A stretch of 64,000 bases of DNA, taken from the sequence record OL770074.2, one strand, 5' to 3'. Below, piece after piece: positions 9,070 through 18,576 of this stretch. The stretch is from Escherichia phage vB_EcoM-RPN187. Under the pieces are notes generated by a model. It saw only the letters and a list, made by a program, of their open reading frames with translations, was not told where the DNA came from and searched no databases. The first letter of the stretch is position 1, and the number at the start of each line of letters is the position of its first letter. The translations under genes were made by a program, and so were the position numbers.

Positions 9070-10383
9070 TCAAATAAAATGGACGTCAAACCGGCCACGA
9101 GTTGTGCCGACATACAATAACTGTTTAGCTAATTCTGAATCGGCATAATGGATACACGGTGTATAAACAAAGGCCGTGTCAACAGACATACCCTGGGCCT
9201 TATGGAAGGTTGATACTGGTAGTGCCTTCACCTTAGTGAACATACGTTTAGCATCCCAGAATTCGCTCCATGGAGCTTTACCACCTTTATTCCAAAATTT
9301 GTATGTTTCTGCGGCCTTAGCCAAAAACAAATTGAATTTATAAAGCTCTTCTTCAGAAGAAATAACCTTTATATCTTCGCGGATGTATTCTTCATCATCC
9401 CCATATGTTTCTACTGTAAGATTCCAGTATCGTATCATATATTCGCCTGAAACACCACGTGCTTTAACGAATGTAGACGTTTCTACAGCATCTCGAATAC
9501 GAACGAATTGGCCGTTATTGAAAAGCATTTCGGTCATATTTTTACCATCTAGCTTATATGTCTTAGTAAATGGCTCTTGTAGAACAATGACTTCGTCTTT
9601 AATAAATGGTTTTTCTGTTTCAAGAAGTTTTCGGCGAATAATTGAATTTAACTTGTCCACCGACTTATTTGTGAATGCCATCATTCGATTTTCGAAAAGG
9701 TCTTCAGGAGTTTTAACGACGTTAAAATAGTTCATCATATACGATTTAAGGTCTGTATATCCGTGAACACCATGTCCATCAACTACTTTATCGTAAATCC
9801 ATTTGCCATTACGAATATCAGTCGCAACATCAATAATTGGTGCATTGCTACGTTTAACTTCTGTAAGGTTGCATTGCACGAAGTCTTTGTGAGTGAAGAA
9901 AGGACTTAGATACGCAGTTGATTCGCCTGGGTCTACCGGACGAATCTGGCATCGGTCGCCGATTCCAATTACTGTACACCATTTAGGGATACTAGCTAAC
10001 ATTATTTTAAACAGAGAACGGTCGCACATTGACGCTTCATCAAATAACAGTACACGGCACAAGGCTAAGTCTGGAACCTTTTTCTGTTCAAACAATACGT
10101 TTTCTTCGTATGTAGTTGGGTTGATTTTAAGAATGCTATGAATAGTCGATGCTTCTTGACCCGCAAGTTTGCTTAGAACCTTTTTAGCAGCATGTGTAGG
10201 GGCTGCTAAAATAATACCTGATTCTCCAGAAGAAATAAGGGCTTCAACGATGAATCTAGTAAGGGTTGTTTTACCTGTACCAGCAGGCCCATTAATAGTT
10301 ACGTGATGTTTCTTTTCTTTAATAGCGTTCATAACAACGTTGAAGGCGTTTTTCTGGCCTTCAGTCAAATCATCAAATGTCAT
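9070..10383 (-). CDS. dda: Dda DNA helicase (SF1)
   Basis: 437 aa; Walker A GPAGTGKTT; T4 Dda size and position. Confidence 0.9.
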   Translation of the reverse strand: MTFDDLTEGQKNAFNVVMNAIKEKKHHVTINGPAGTGKTTLTRFIVEALISSGESGIILAAPTHAAKKVLSKLAGQEASTIHSILKINPTTYEENVLFEQKKVPDLALCRVLLFDEASMCDRSLFKIMLASIPKWCTVIGIGDRCQIRPVDPGESTAYLSPFFTHKDFVQCNLTEVKRSNAPIIDVATDIRNGKWIYDKVVDGHGVHGYTDLKSYMMNYFNVVKTPEDLFENRMMAFTNKSVDKLNSIIRRKLLETEKPFIKDEVIVLQEPFTKTYKLDGKNMTEMLFNNGQFVRIRDAVETSTFVKARGVSGEYMIRYWNLTVETYGDDEEYIREDIKVISSEEELYKFNLFLAKAAETYKFWNKGGKAPWSEFWDAKRMFTKVKALPVSTFHKAQGMSVDTAFVYTPCIHYADSELAKQLLYVGTTRGRFDVHFI

Positions 10384-10691
10384 CGTAAAGTCCCTGCAAT
10401 TGGAATACTAACAATACGGCCTGTATCCAGGATTCGTTGATACAATTTTTGCGTCTCCGCATCTAGTTTAACGTGTTTCATTTCAAGCTTATTAAACCAG
10501 AACTTACGCGGAGTTTCGACCATTCTTAGAACTCCCATTTTTAAATCTGTTTTATACTGTGTTTTCAAAGTATCGAAAACTTTATCTGCAATATCCTTTC
10601 TAAAAAATACTGCAGGACGATGCTCATCAAGTGGAACCGGGACAGTAAATCCTTCCATATCTCGATAAACTATTGCATATACATAAACCAT
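10380..10691 (-). CDS. hypothetical protein (dda.1 position)
   Basis: 103 aa, ATG, overlaps dda start by 4 nt. Confidence 0.55.
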   Translation of the reverse strand: MVYVYAIVYRDMEGFTVPVPLDEHRPAVFFRKDIADKVFDTLKTQYKTDLKMGVLRMVETPRKFWFNKLEMKHVKLDAETQKLYQRILDTGRIVSIPIAGTLR

Positions 10692-10693
10692 AA

Positions 10694-11440
10694 TTAACCT
10701 TTAATCAGTTGGAATAATGATGCGCTAAGTGGTAAGCCGCGTTTCAATTTTAATTTACCAATGAAACCGATCTTTTCAAAACGTTGCAGACCTTGGATAA
10801 CTTTATCATATGTATCGAAAAGCGATTCAGCGTCAGTTAATTTAGTTTTAGTTTTCCAGTCAGAGCCTTTAAGAAGAACGTTGAGTTTAGTAAGTTCATG
10901 GCCTTCTGCTTGATGTGAGCCATTAATGCGTGCTTTCAAAGCAACAATTCTAAGTTTAGATTCGTTAGATAAGGGTTGATTTTTCATCATGTTCGCCATA
11001 TGCTTAACACGATTTTCACGTTTTGCTCGGATTTTTAAAATAGTGCCATAAACCTTTTTAATTTGGGCCCATTTCTTCTCGTCGAGATTAAGTTTCTCTA
11101 CTTTACGGGCAGAAGGATTAGCGATACGTCTTGCAATGGCATCACGTTTCTCAATAAGTTCTTCTAATGTTAAATCAGAACGAGCCGTGTTATATTTTTT
11201 CTTAACTGGGATAACATTACCTTTAATGTAGCCGATATCGTTATTAAAACGTTCTAAGGATAATTTCTCACCTTCAACAGAGTTATTGAAAGATTCACCT
11301 GAGTAAGCGCAGACCTTTTGATCAAGAATGTTTTTAAGGTAATTAAAATCTAAGTTAAAATCCTTAGAGCGTCTCTTTGCAGAAGCTCTAGTGTGGTCAA
11401 GACGACGATTGATTTTGTTAATTTTATTATTTGATAACAT
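10694..11440 (-). CDS. srd: Srd-like protein (assigned by synteny only)
   Basis: 248 aa basic protein between dda.1 and modA as in T4. Confidence 0.45.
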   Translation of the reverse strand: MLSNNKINKINRRLDHTRASAKRRSKDFNLDFNYLKNILDQKVCAYSGESFNNSVEGEKLSLERFNNDIGYIKGNVIPVKKKYNTARSDLTLEELIEKRDAIARRIANPSARKVEKLNLDEKKWAQIKKVYGTILKIRAKRENRVKHMANMMKNQPLSNESKLRIVALKARINGSHQAEGHELTKLNVLLKGSDWKTKTKLTDAESLFDTYDKVIQGLQRFEKIGFIGKLKLKRGLPLSASLFQLIKG

Positions 11441-11593
11441 AATATTTTCCTCTGTCTTACGGACGTTAAGGTCATTTAGCTGATAGGTCTATAATATCAT
11501 GCCCTCAGGTAGTGTACACTCTTTTTTCGTAAAATGCTTTAATTTTTTATGTGTTATAATGGTTCTGAGTTCCATCCGGTTATTCCAATCCAG

Positions 11594-12202
11594 TCAGTAA
11601 CTGACAATAGACATATTCCAGATTGTATAACTTCCATCTTGAATAATAGAATCTACACGCAGTGTAGTCCCTATAGGGAGCATAAATTCACATTCGTCAG
11701 ATATAAGTCTAGCATTAGACCGTCTTGTCGCTTCAGGGAAAGCTCCATTGAACTCACAAGATGGCGCAGCCAGAATCATGTTAAGCATATGTTCACGGAA
11801 GTTGAAAGCAAATGGTGCATCTTTGATGCAGAACATATTAAATGTTCCGTAAAAATTATACGAAGCAAAGTTACGTGCTACACCAAACACTGGACTAAAG
11901 CTCATTACTCTGTCAAATTTAATAATACTACCAATGCCTTTATCGTCGAGTGTGGCCATAGTTTTCTTAGAGATTCCACGATACATTGTCTCAGGAACTG
12001 AAGAAGACCAATTTCTACGAACAATTGCACTTAAATCTTGTTGGATGCTGTCTGGCTTGTTTTCCATACACTGCCATAGTACACTTTGTTCAATGTCGCT
12101 GAATTGCTCATCGATTTTGTACTGAAGCATATCTTGATAATCCGGGCATTGAGCACGTCGAACCATTTCTTCAATTTCACACTCGTTATACGGCATAAAC
12201 AT
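11594..12202 (-). CDS. modA: ADP-ribosyltransferase ModA-like (R-S-E class)
   Basis: 202 aa; YRG, SFS..ARNF and ECEF motifs; SD AGGAG. Confidence 0.75.
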   Translation of the reverse strand: MFMPYNECEIEEMVRRAQCPDYQDMLQYKIDEQFSDIEQSVLWQCMENKPDSIQQDLSAIVRRNWSSSVPETMYRGISKKTMATLDDKGIGSIIKFDRVMSFSPVFGVARNFASYNFYGTFNMFCIKDAPFAFNFREHMLNMILAAPSCEFNGAFPEATRRSNARLISDECEFMLPIGTTLRVDSIIQDGSYTIWNMSIVSY

Positions 12203-12259
12203 TTAGATTTCTCCTATGGTTGATAAAGGTATAGTATCATCATCGGAAGAGTTTGTACA

Positions 12260-12841
12260 CTAAAAATTCAACATTTTCAAATGAATGATTTTGTATAATC
12301 GAGATAAAGGGTCATATTCTAAGTCTTCAATTTCCACAATCTCAAATCTAGAGATACCTGAGACCATGTACTCTTGTTCAGATTCAATCATATCTAGGAC
12401 GTCAACACGTGTTTCTTCCATAACATGCTTAGGGTTCTTTCCGGCAAGTACAATGTTAACCATGTTTTGGTAGTAATCAAAAATGAATGGAGCATTCCTG
12501 AGACTAAGAATAGTGTACGTCTGATATTCCCAATTCCCAGAGAATTGACGAGCTGTACTGAAATCAGTTGTGAACGATGTTACTCGTCCAGGAGACCAAT
12601 GACATCCAACAGAAAGAAGGGAAAGACGTTCTACTTCTTCTGGAGTTACACCACGGTAGAGTTCTACTGGTACTGTAGAAGTCATATGCTTACGAACAAG
12701 ATGGTCTAATTCATAGTGGAAATCCGGGTCTTCCTTAGAATCAGTGCAAGCCCAGAGAATGTTTTGTTCTTGGCGGGTGAATTTGCTATCAATCAGATTT
12801 GTTAGGTATTCACGTTCTTGAAGTTCAGATTGACATGTCAT
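12260..12841 (-). CDS. modB: ADP-ribosyltransferase ModB-like (R-S-E class)
   Basis: 193 aa; YRG, STARQF, EQEYMV motifs; paralog of modA. Confidence 0.75.
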   Translation of the reverse strand: MTCQSELQEREYLTNLIDSKFTRQEQNILWACTDSKEDPDFHYELDHLVRKHMTSTVPVELYRGVTPEEVERLSLLSVGCHWSPGRVTSFTTDFSTARQFSGNWEYQTYTILSLRNAPFIFDYYQNMVNIVLAGKNPKHVMEETRVDVLDMIESEQEYMVSGISRFEIVEIEDLEYDPLSRLYKIIHLKMLNF

Positions 12842-12868
12842 GATAGACCTCCATTTAAAGATAAGCCT

Positions 12869-12897
12869 ATCATAACACGAGAGGAGGGAATGTAAAC
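12869..12897 (-). promoter_or_regulatory. early promoter: -35 GTTTAC, 17 nt, -10 TATGAT
   Basis: minus-strand read upstream of modB-like gene. Confidence 0.5.
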
Positions 12898-13057
12898 TAC
12901 TTTTTAAGCTTTCCTACTAAAGGTCCATCAGGTCCAGGTTGTTCTAACATGAATAAGGATGCTTTAAAAAGCAATGCCAACCCTTTCACCATTCGATACC
13001 ATGTCTCAAAGTCTTTTTCCTTGATTTCTAGTAAGAATTTCTCTTTAAATTTCTCTT

Positions 13058-13237
13058 TCATTTCCAAGGACTCCATGGTGGAGGGTCGTCATAATAAGAG
13101 GCAAGGTCTTTCAGGGCTTCAACAGGTAAACTAAAGCCGTGACGTTGTATAATACTATCTAGTTCATCAACAAGTTCACTACGATGCACTTTAGGAGCCT
13201 CAACTTCGGGCTCATCAAACATACTCATCAAGTCCAT
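13058..13237 (-). CDS. hypothetical small acidic protein
   Basis: ORF-track start is GTG; ATG (MDLMSMF) with SD GGTGA. Confidence 0.4.
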   Translation of the reverse strand: MDLMSMFDEPEVEAPKVHRSELVDELDSIIQRHGFSLPVEALKDLASYYDDPPPWSPWK

Positions 13238-13238
13238 A

Positions 13239-13703
13239 TTATTCACCGAGATAAAAACTAGCAGGTTCAGAGAATGTTTCTAGTGCTACGCCTTTTGTCT
13301 TAAAAAATTTCCAAATAGCTCGTTGCAAATGGATTAAATCTGCTAATGATGTAATAAAGTATTTTTTAGCAAAATACTTATGGTCTCGCTTTTCAAACAA
13401 ATCTAAACGCTTTTCTGGATTCACATAAATGGCATTTTCCGTAGATTCATAACCTAAGTCCTTTATGCCTTCTTCAAGACTAAACGGAGAATTTTTAGAA
13501 TGAGTAATAGCTCCAACTCGCTCTACACGAATTTTGTAACCTTTAGGAATCTGCAATTTGCAGAATTCTTCTACGATATATTGCGGATTATTTAGACTTT
13601 TGTTAATGAGAATAGCTATTTCTAGTGGAGTCTTATCTTCTACTGGTATATGTTTAAACGACTTGGCTTCAAGCAAATACATTTTAAATAACATAGCATC
13701 CAT
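13239..13703 (-). CDS. hypothetical protein
   Basis: 154 aa, ATG, SD GAGGAAA. Confidence 0.55.
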   Translation of the reverse strand: MDAMLFKMYLLEAKSFKHIPVEDKTPLEIAILINKSLNNPQYIVEEFCKLQIPKGYKIRVERVGAITHSKNSPFSLEEGIKDLGYESTENAIYVNPEKRLDLFEKRDHKYFAKKYFITSLADLIHLQRAIWKFFKTKGVALETFSEPASFYLGE

Positions 13704-13882
13704 TATAATTTCCTCGATGGTTCACCCATATAAAGTTTTACAATACGTTCGCCTTCATCTTCGATGAGCTTCTCTTCGTGTTTCTGGAATTCTTTAGCCA
13801 TATTCTCTTCAAGAACATCCAGCCAATCTTCCAGACCGACACCATCGTCCCAGCTTTTAAACCATCTTACCACTCTGTTCAT
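13703..13882 (-). CDS. hypothetical small protein
   Basis: ORF-track start TTG; ATG (MNRVVRW) with SD AGGGAG; ATGA overlap with upstream stop. Confidence 0.4.
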   Translation of the reverse strand: MNRVVRWFKSWDDGVGLEDWLDVLEENMAKEFQKHEEKLIEDEGERIVKLYMGEPSRKL

Positions 13883-14127
13883 TCGCAGCTCCCTGAGATT
13901 GAACCACAATCAGAATAACTTGTCCCAGAATCACCAGGCCAAGACGATACGTATGAATGATTATAATCGGAAGAGCTTGAAGCATTAACCTGTTTTGTTT
14001 TTGGACGAACAACTTCTTCCATCATTCCGTCACCGATATATTCCCAACTTTTTTCGTGTGTATCAGGAATAGGCATCATACCTTCGCCTGGATTAACAGC
14101 AAACAACTTCTTCAGCATCGTAAGCAT
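13879..14127 (-). CDS. hypothetical protein (start uncertain)
   Basis: internal ATG with SD GAGGAA chosen to limit overlap with 14093..14320. Confidence 0.35.
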   Translation of the reverse strand: MLTMLKKLFAVNPGEGMMPIPDTHEKSWEYIGDGMMEEVVRPKTKQVNASSSSDYNHSYVSSWPGDSGTSYSDCGSISGSCE

Positions 14128-14320
14128 TAATTGTTCCTCGAACAAAACGAACACCGCCATCGTCCCAACGGATTTCGGCATTAAATTTGACGTCTTCACC
14201 ATCCATCATGAATGAGTGTACGACTACATCATCATAGTATCCAAGACCGTATTTCAACGAAACTTCTTGAGCAATCAAAGCACCTAATGTGTTATTAGGT
14301 TTAATCCAACGATTTAACAT
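14093..14320 (-). CDS. hypothetical protein (75 aa)
   Basis: ATG (MLNRWIK) with SD GAGGAG; ORF-track N-terminus reads through terminator and promoter. Confidence 0.5.
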   Translation of the reverse strand: MLNRWIKPNNTLGALIAQEVSLKYGLGYYDDVVVHSFMMDGEDVKFNAEIRWDDGGVRFVRGTINAYDAEEVVCC

Positions 14321-14387
14321 ATTGTTCTCCTCTTGAGTAAGTAAGAATATCTTAACACAGTTTTTAGTGGTTGTAAACTGTAGAAAC

Positions 14388-14412
14388 AAAAAAAGGAATC
14401 CCGAAGGATTCC
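14388..14412 (-). terminator. rho-independent terminator downstream of soc: GGAAUCC-UUCG-GGAUUCC followed by U7
   Basis: perfect 7-bp stem, UUCG loop, 7 A on plus (U-run on minus). Confidence 0.7.
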
Positions 14413-14420
14413 TTGAATTA

Positions 14421-14657
14421 TTAACCACCTACTGCTGTAGGCGTAAACATTGCAGCATTCTTAGTTTTCCAATCAGATGCATCAGAAACTACAGTAGAAT
14501 ATGCTGCCTTTTCTGATGGAAAGATTTGGTAATGAGAATCTGCAATCCGATGTTCGTTTGAATAAATCTCAAACGGTACAGAAACTTCCATACCTTTAAC
14601 TTCTTTGCCTTCACCAGCAGGATGCGTAAAGGTTTTGATGTTTACATAACCACCCAT
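14421..14657 (-). CDS. soc: small outer capsid protein Soc
   Basis: 78 aa; GYVNIKTF...HYQ.FPSEKAAYSTV matches recalled T4 Soc. Confidence 0.85.
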   Translation of the reverse strand: MGGYVNIKTFTHPAGEGKEVKGMEVSVPFEIYSNEHRIADSHYQIFPSEKAAYSTVVSDASDWKTKNAAMFTPTAVGG

Positions 14658-14703
14658 AATTAACTCCTTTGTTGTTTAATTACAGGTGTATTTATATCAG
14701 TAA

Positions 14704-15225
14704 TCAGTAACCATTATCTTGGCGTTCAAAGTTGTGTTGGTTTTTCAAGTAGTAAAGTTTAAAGATTTCTTCAGCCGTAAGACCCAGACCTTGGAACATA
14801 TTCAGAACAAAGTGCAGAATATCAATCATCTCGAATTTAATTTCAAGCTGGTCTTCAGGAGACAGTTCATCGATACGACGATTTCGATATTCAACATGTT
14901 GAGCTTTCCACGGCTTCCATACAGAGCTAGCGGCTTTTTCACCATTGCTCATACCACCAAGTGAAGTCAGCAGTTCACGGAATTCATCATCAATATAATC
15001 TTTCTGATTACGCAGCCAATCAACAACATCACCAGCAGTGGCCAATTCATCAGGATGTTTGTTATGTTCAGGCTTGTCATTTGCCAGACGAACCTGTAAA
15101 GATTTCTGCATATCAAGCATTACCTGCAGAGGGTCTTTATCTTCGTGAATCAGAGCATTAAAATAAGCTTCTTCTGCTTTATCAACACCAGAAATAAGTT
15201 GTGAACATTCGTTAAAGTGTGCCAT
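14704..15225 (-). CDS. 56: dCTP pyrophosphatase gp56 (MazG-like)
   Basis: 173 aa from ATG (MAHFNE) with SD AAAGGAAAA; T4 gp56 171 aa; ORF-track start is TTG. Confidence 0.8.
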   Translation of the reverse strand: MAHFNECSQLISGVDKAEEAYFNALIHEDKDPLQVMLDMQKSLQVRLANDKPEHNKHPDELATAGDVVDWLRNQKDYIDDEFRELLTSLGGMSNGEKAASSVWKPWKAQHVEYRNRRIDELSPEDQLEIKFEMIDILHFVLNMFQGLGLTAEEIFKLYYLKNQHNFERQDNGY

Positions 15226-15315
15226 TATTTTTCCTTTCAATTCAGTATAAGAGAAGTTAATTCTAACATTAATTTTATAAAGCGTAATAAATAATAAGGT
15301 AACTAAGGAGATATT

Positions 15316-15513
15316 ATGTTTAAACTTCCATCGTTAATCAACGCTATTAAAGGCAATAAAAAGAAAACTGCTATCGCTGCAATAGTTGTAGGTGGCATTA
15401 TTTCATGGAACTTCGGGATTGCACCATTGTTAGTTGCCCATGGTGTTATGGTTCCTTCTGTTCCATTGGATACTGTAGTTGATTTAGCCTTTGCTATTAT
15501 AGGGCTTGTCTAA
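15316..15513 (+). CDS. hypothetical small hydrophobic/membrane protein, plus strand
   Basis: 65 aa, strong SD AAGGAG 6 nt before ATG; convergent with gp61, stop codons overlap. Confidence 0.55.
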   Translation: MFKLPSLINAIKGNKKKTAIAAIVVGGIISWNFGIAPLLVAHGVMVPSVPLDTVVDLAFAIIGLV

Positions 15514-16532
15514 ATCTTAGAATAATGAGATAATCTCATTTTAGCATGCAACCCACTTGAAATATTCTGTTTCATATATTCTAAAATTTCTTGTGGTGTT
15601 GCATTTTCTTTCATTACCATATCATTCACATCCTTTGATCTCCATGGAGCTCGGTCCCAGAACATGACACGTTCGCCTGCATCAACTAATCGCTTCATGC
15701 GAGCTATAGTATCCGGATGCCTAGGTTCATTATCCATTACCCATACCCGACGTTCTTTAAATGGTACCACATCTAAATCTATTGAGCCGCCTGTAATAGC
15801 GATTGCGTTGGGTATGAATAAACTATCAATAGGGCCTTCCATTACCCAGACGTCTCCTTCCTTAACACGTTCAGCACCATAAATTTTTGTTGCAGACTCA
15901 AACGCTTTAATAGTGATATATTTCTGAGGAGCATCTTTACGAAGTGCACGTCCTTGGAATGACTCAGCCTTCCCATCTTTATTAAAAATAGGAATCACTA
16001 AACGTGGTTCGGGAATCTCTTTCTTATACGTACCAGGTTGAATCTTGTTGACCAATTTGGGCCATTCTAATGTGAACCATAATCTGTTCCATGATTCTTT
16101 AGGAATGCATCGAGACTTAACATATTTCACAATAGGATGCTCTTCAGGCAGCTTGTCCAGACGAGAACAAGACGGCAAAGAATTTATAGTCTTTTTCTCT
16201 GGTTCTGGTTTATGTTCAGGAACCTTTTCAATCTTTGGTTCCATTCTAGCTTTTTCTTTACGAACTTCCATTAGATATTCGCGATAAAGCTCTTCATCAT
16301 ACTCTTTTAAGTATCCGGAAATTGTATTGTGGTATTGGCAGTTATAGCAATGTACATTACCAGGAGTACCACCATAATACCATCCGCGAGCTTTCATTGC
16401 ATCTGTCTGGGAGTCGCCACAAACTGGACACCGAAACGTTAATTTAAATGTGCTTGAATTATTGATTTGTCTAAAACGAGGGAGGTGAGAAAACGCACGA
16501 TAAGCAAATTCATTATCTATCCATTCAGCCAT
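15510..16532 (-). CDS. 61: DNA primase gp61
   Basis: 340 aa; zinc-ribbon CPVCGD...CYNC; T4 gp61 342 aa; SD GGAG. Confidence 0.9.
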   Translation of the reverse strand: MAEWIDNEFAYRAFSHLPRFRQINNSSTFKLTFRCPVCGDSQTDAMKARGWYYGGTPGNVHCYNCQYHNTISGYLKEYDEELYREYLMEVRKEKARMEPKIEKVPEHKPEPEKKTINSLPSCSRLDKLPEEHPIVKYVKSRCIPKESWNRLWFTLEWPKLVNKIQPGTYKKEIPEPRLVIPIFNKDGKAESFQGRALRKDAPQKYITIKAFESATKIYGAERVKEGDVWVMEGPIDSLFIPNAIAITGGSIDLDVVPFKERRVWVMDNEPRHPDTIARMKRLVDAGERVMFWDRAPWRSKDVNDMVMKENATPQEILEYMKQNISSGLHAKMRLSHYSKI

Positions 16533-16571
16533 AGTATTCTCCAGAGGCCTTAAATTAATAAGGCCATCATA

Positions 16572-17039
16572 TCACAACTTATTAATATTTACTTTAATTC
16601 GCTTTCTTTTCTTGGAAGGAATTTGTTCTGGACCTTTATTTACGACTGCACCTGTAGTTGTTCCTGATGCAATAGCTTGAGGACTACCGCCTGAATCACC
16701 AGCAACCATATCCTCAAATAAAGGGAGTTCTTTAAATATTTCTTTCTGTTGTTCTTCCGTAATGTTATAGCGTGAAGCTACAGCACTCCAGGCAGACATC
16801 ATTGAGGCCATTCCATTAAGACCTGGAACAGTGCTCATCATTCGCTTCATTGAACGAACTGAAGCATGAAAAGGTGTATAAGCCGCTTTCTCTTCGGGAG
16901 TAGAAGGACGTTTAAGAACACTTCCACGTTCATCGATGATTTTGGCTTCGTATGCTTTCCATTCGGTAAAAGGTTTTTGCATTAGTCGAATAAACTTATA
17001 TGCATAAACAGAATCTATTGCAGTGTTAATAATACCCAT
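16572..17039 (-). CDS. hypothetical protein (61.1 region)
   Basis: ORF-track start TTG; ATG (MGIINT) with strong SD AGGAGGT. Confidence 0.5.
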   Translation of the reverse strand: MGIINTAIDSVYAYKFIRLMQKPFTEWKAYEAKIIDERGSVLKRPSTPEEKAAYTPFHASVRSMKRMMSTVPGLNGMASMMSAWSAVASRYNITEEQQKEIFKELPLFEDMVAGDSGGSPQAIASGTTTGAVVNKGPEQIPSKKRKRIKVNINKL

Positions 17040-17058
17040 AGGTACCTCCTGAGTATAT

Positions 17059-17256
17059 TTAATCAATTACAAAGATTGCTTTGTCACCATTTATATCTGT
17101 GACTTCATACGTAGTGCCTTCATACTGCGGAATATTCCAAATTACACCATCATTAGCTTTTACGCTAATATGGTATTGGTGTTTTGAAACAACTTCATAA
17201 TCTTCAAAACTTGTAAAAACACTAATTTTAGAACCAGTGCAAATTGCAGTAGTCAT
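17059..17256 (-). CDS. hypothetical small protein
   Basis: 65 aa, ATG, SD GAGGT. Confidence 0.45.
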   Translation of the reverse strand: MTTAICTGSKISVFTSFEDYEVVSKHQYHISVKANDGVIWNIPQYEGTTYEVTDINGDKAIFVID

Positions 17257-17257
17257 T

Positions 17258-17908
17258 TTAACCTCGATTCATAAATGCATTAAATATTTGGTCATCAACA
17301 GAAATTTCTAATTCGACTTCAATTGCTTCAGCCTTTTCTTCAGGTGGTAATTCGTATCCACACACTACAATTTTTTCATCGATATCAAAATATACAGAAG
17401 CAATATGATTAATGTTATTTTCGGTTAAGTCTAAATCAACATCAACATCTTTTTGACCTACACTTAAAGGATAACTAATACGGGTTATTTTATTATCTTT
17501 AACAAAGAGTCCACCGACATACTCTGTGCTATGTTTGAAGCTTACACGTTTCCGAAATGAAAGATATGATGCATCTTTACCGTGAGCTCGGCTCATAGGA
17601 CATAATGAATAGCTAGAATAAGAGATGTCAAATCCTACACCTTCAATATGAGCCAACGCGTCATGATTAAACCAATTATAATCATATGCCAAATCCATTA
17701 TATTGTAATATGTGAAAGGCACTGGATTAACATCATACGTTGTACCTTTAAAATCTGCCCAGGCAACAATTTCGTTATCTTTAACAATTACAAAAATTAC
17801 ACCAATATGGTATCCGTTATTATTTTCATTCGGCGTTATATTATAACATTGTGCATTAGGAAATTTACCATATTTAAATGGTGCGTTTTTGTGCATGTAA
17901 TAAATCAT
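17258..17908 (-). CDS. hypothetical protein
   Basis: ORF-track start GTG; ATG (MIYYMHK) with SD AGGTGA; TAATATG junction with sp. Confidence 0.5.
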   Translation of the reverse strand: MIYYMHKNAPFKYGKFPNAQCYNITPNENNNGYHIGVIFVIVKDNEIVAWADFKGTTYDVNPVPFTYYNIMDLAYDYNWFNHDALAHIEGVGFDISYSSYSLCPMSRAHGKDASYLSFRKRVSFKHSTEYVGGLFVKDNKITRISYPLSVGQKDVDVDLDLTENNINHIASVYFDIDEKIVVCGYELPPEEKAEAIEVELEISVDDQIFNAFMNRG

Positions 17909-17909
17909 A

Positions 17910-18203
17910 TTATTCACCTGTGATTTCGGTTACGATATCTTTGTTATCGAAATTAGGGTCACAATACAAAACATAGTTGTACTGCATGATACCGCCAGAC
18001 TTAAGTTGTCCAACAACTTTATTAACCATATTAGGACGGTCTCGTTTAGTGATGTTCATGATATCAGAGAAGATTTGTTGTTCAACATCTTCTTGATTTG
18101 CAGTCATTGACCACTCACAGAGGTCTTTATCATAACCTGCCGTAACTGGAGCTGGTGCACATGATACTGCAAGTAAGATTGCTGCCAATGATAACTTTTT
18201 CAT
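17910..18203 (-). CDS. sp: spackle-like periplasmic protein with signal peptide
   Basis: 97 aa as T4 Sp; N-terminal signal peptide MKKLSLAAILLAVSCAPA; SD AGGAG. Confidence 0.65.
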   Translation of the reverse strand: MKKLSLAAILLAVSCAPAPVTAGYDKDLCEWSMTANQEDVEQQIFSDIMNITKRDRPNMVNKVVGQLKSGGIMQYNYVLYCDPNFDNKDIVTEITGE

Positions 18204-18232
18204 TTTAACTCCTTAGTTGATTTGATAGGACT

Positions 18233-18262
18233 ACTATACCATAGTCCATCTATAATGTAAAC
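18233..18262 (-). promoter_or_regulatory. early promoter: -35 GTTTAC, 18 nt, -10 TATAGT
   Basis: minus-strand read upstream of sp. Confidence 0.5.
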
Positions 18263-18266
18263 AACT

Positions 18267-18515
18267 TTATTCTTTTTCGCGAATAATAATTACTTGTTGA
18301 GGCTGCTGGGCAGATTTCTTTTCGGCAACGATAGACCAAATTAAAGTTCCAATCCAACCAACCATCGTCCAGTTAAAGAGTAAAGACACAAAGAAGATTG
18401 CTGTTGTGCTTTTTGTGCCACGAATAAGTGCGATTACCCAAGGCAACATGTAAATGATGATTGAACCAATACCTGCGATTAAAACCGCTACTGAACTAGC
18501 TACGAATAATTCCAT
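18267..18515 (-). CDS. hypothetical membrane protein (2 TM)
   Basis: 82 aa hydrophobic, ATG, SD GGAAA. Confidence 0.55.
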   Translation of the reverse strand: MELFVASSVAVLIAGIGSIIIYMLPWVIALIRGTKSTTAIFFVSLLFNWTMVGWIGTLIWSIVAEKKSAQQPQQVIIIREKE

Positions 18516-18543
18516 GTTAATTTCCTCTTGATTTGTTATGTTT

Positions 18544-18573
18544 ATAATATCTTATTTTAACTTTGGTGTAAAC
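18544..18573 (-). promoter_or_regulatory. early promoter: -35 GTTTAC, 18 nt, -10 TATTAT
   Basis: minus-strand read upstream of 18267..18515. Confidence 0.5.
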
Positions 18574-18576
18574 CAA

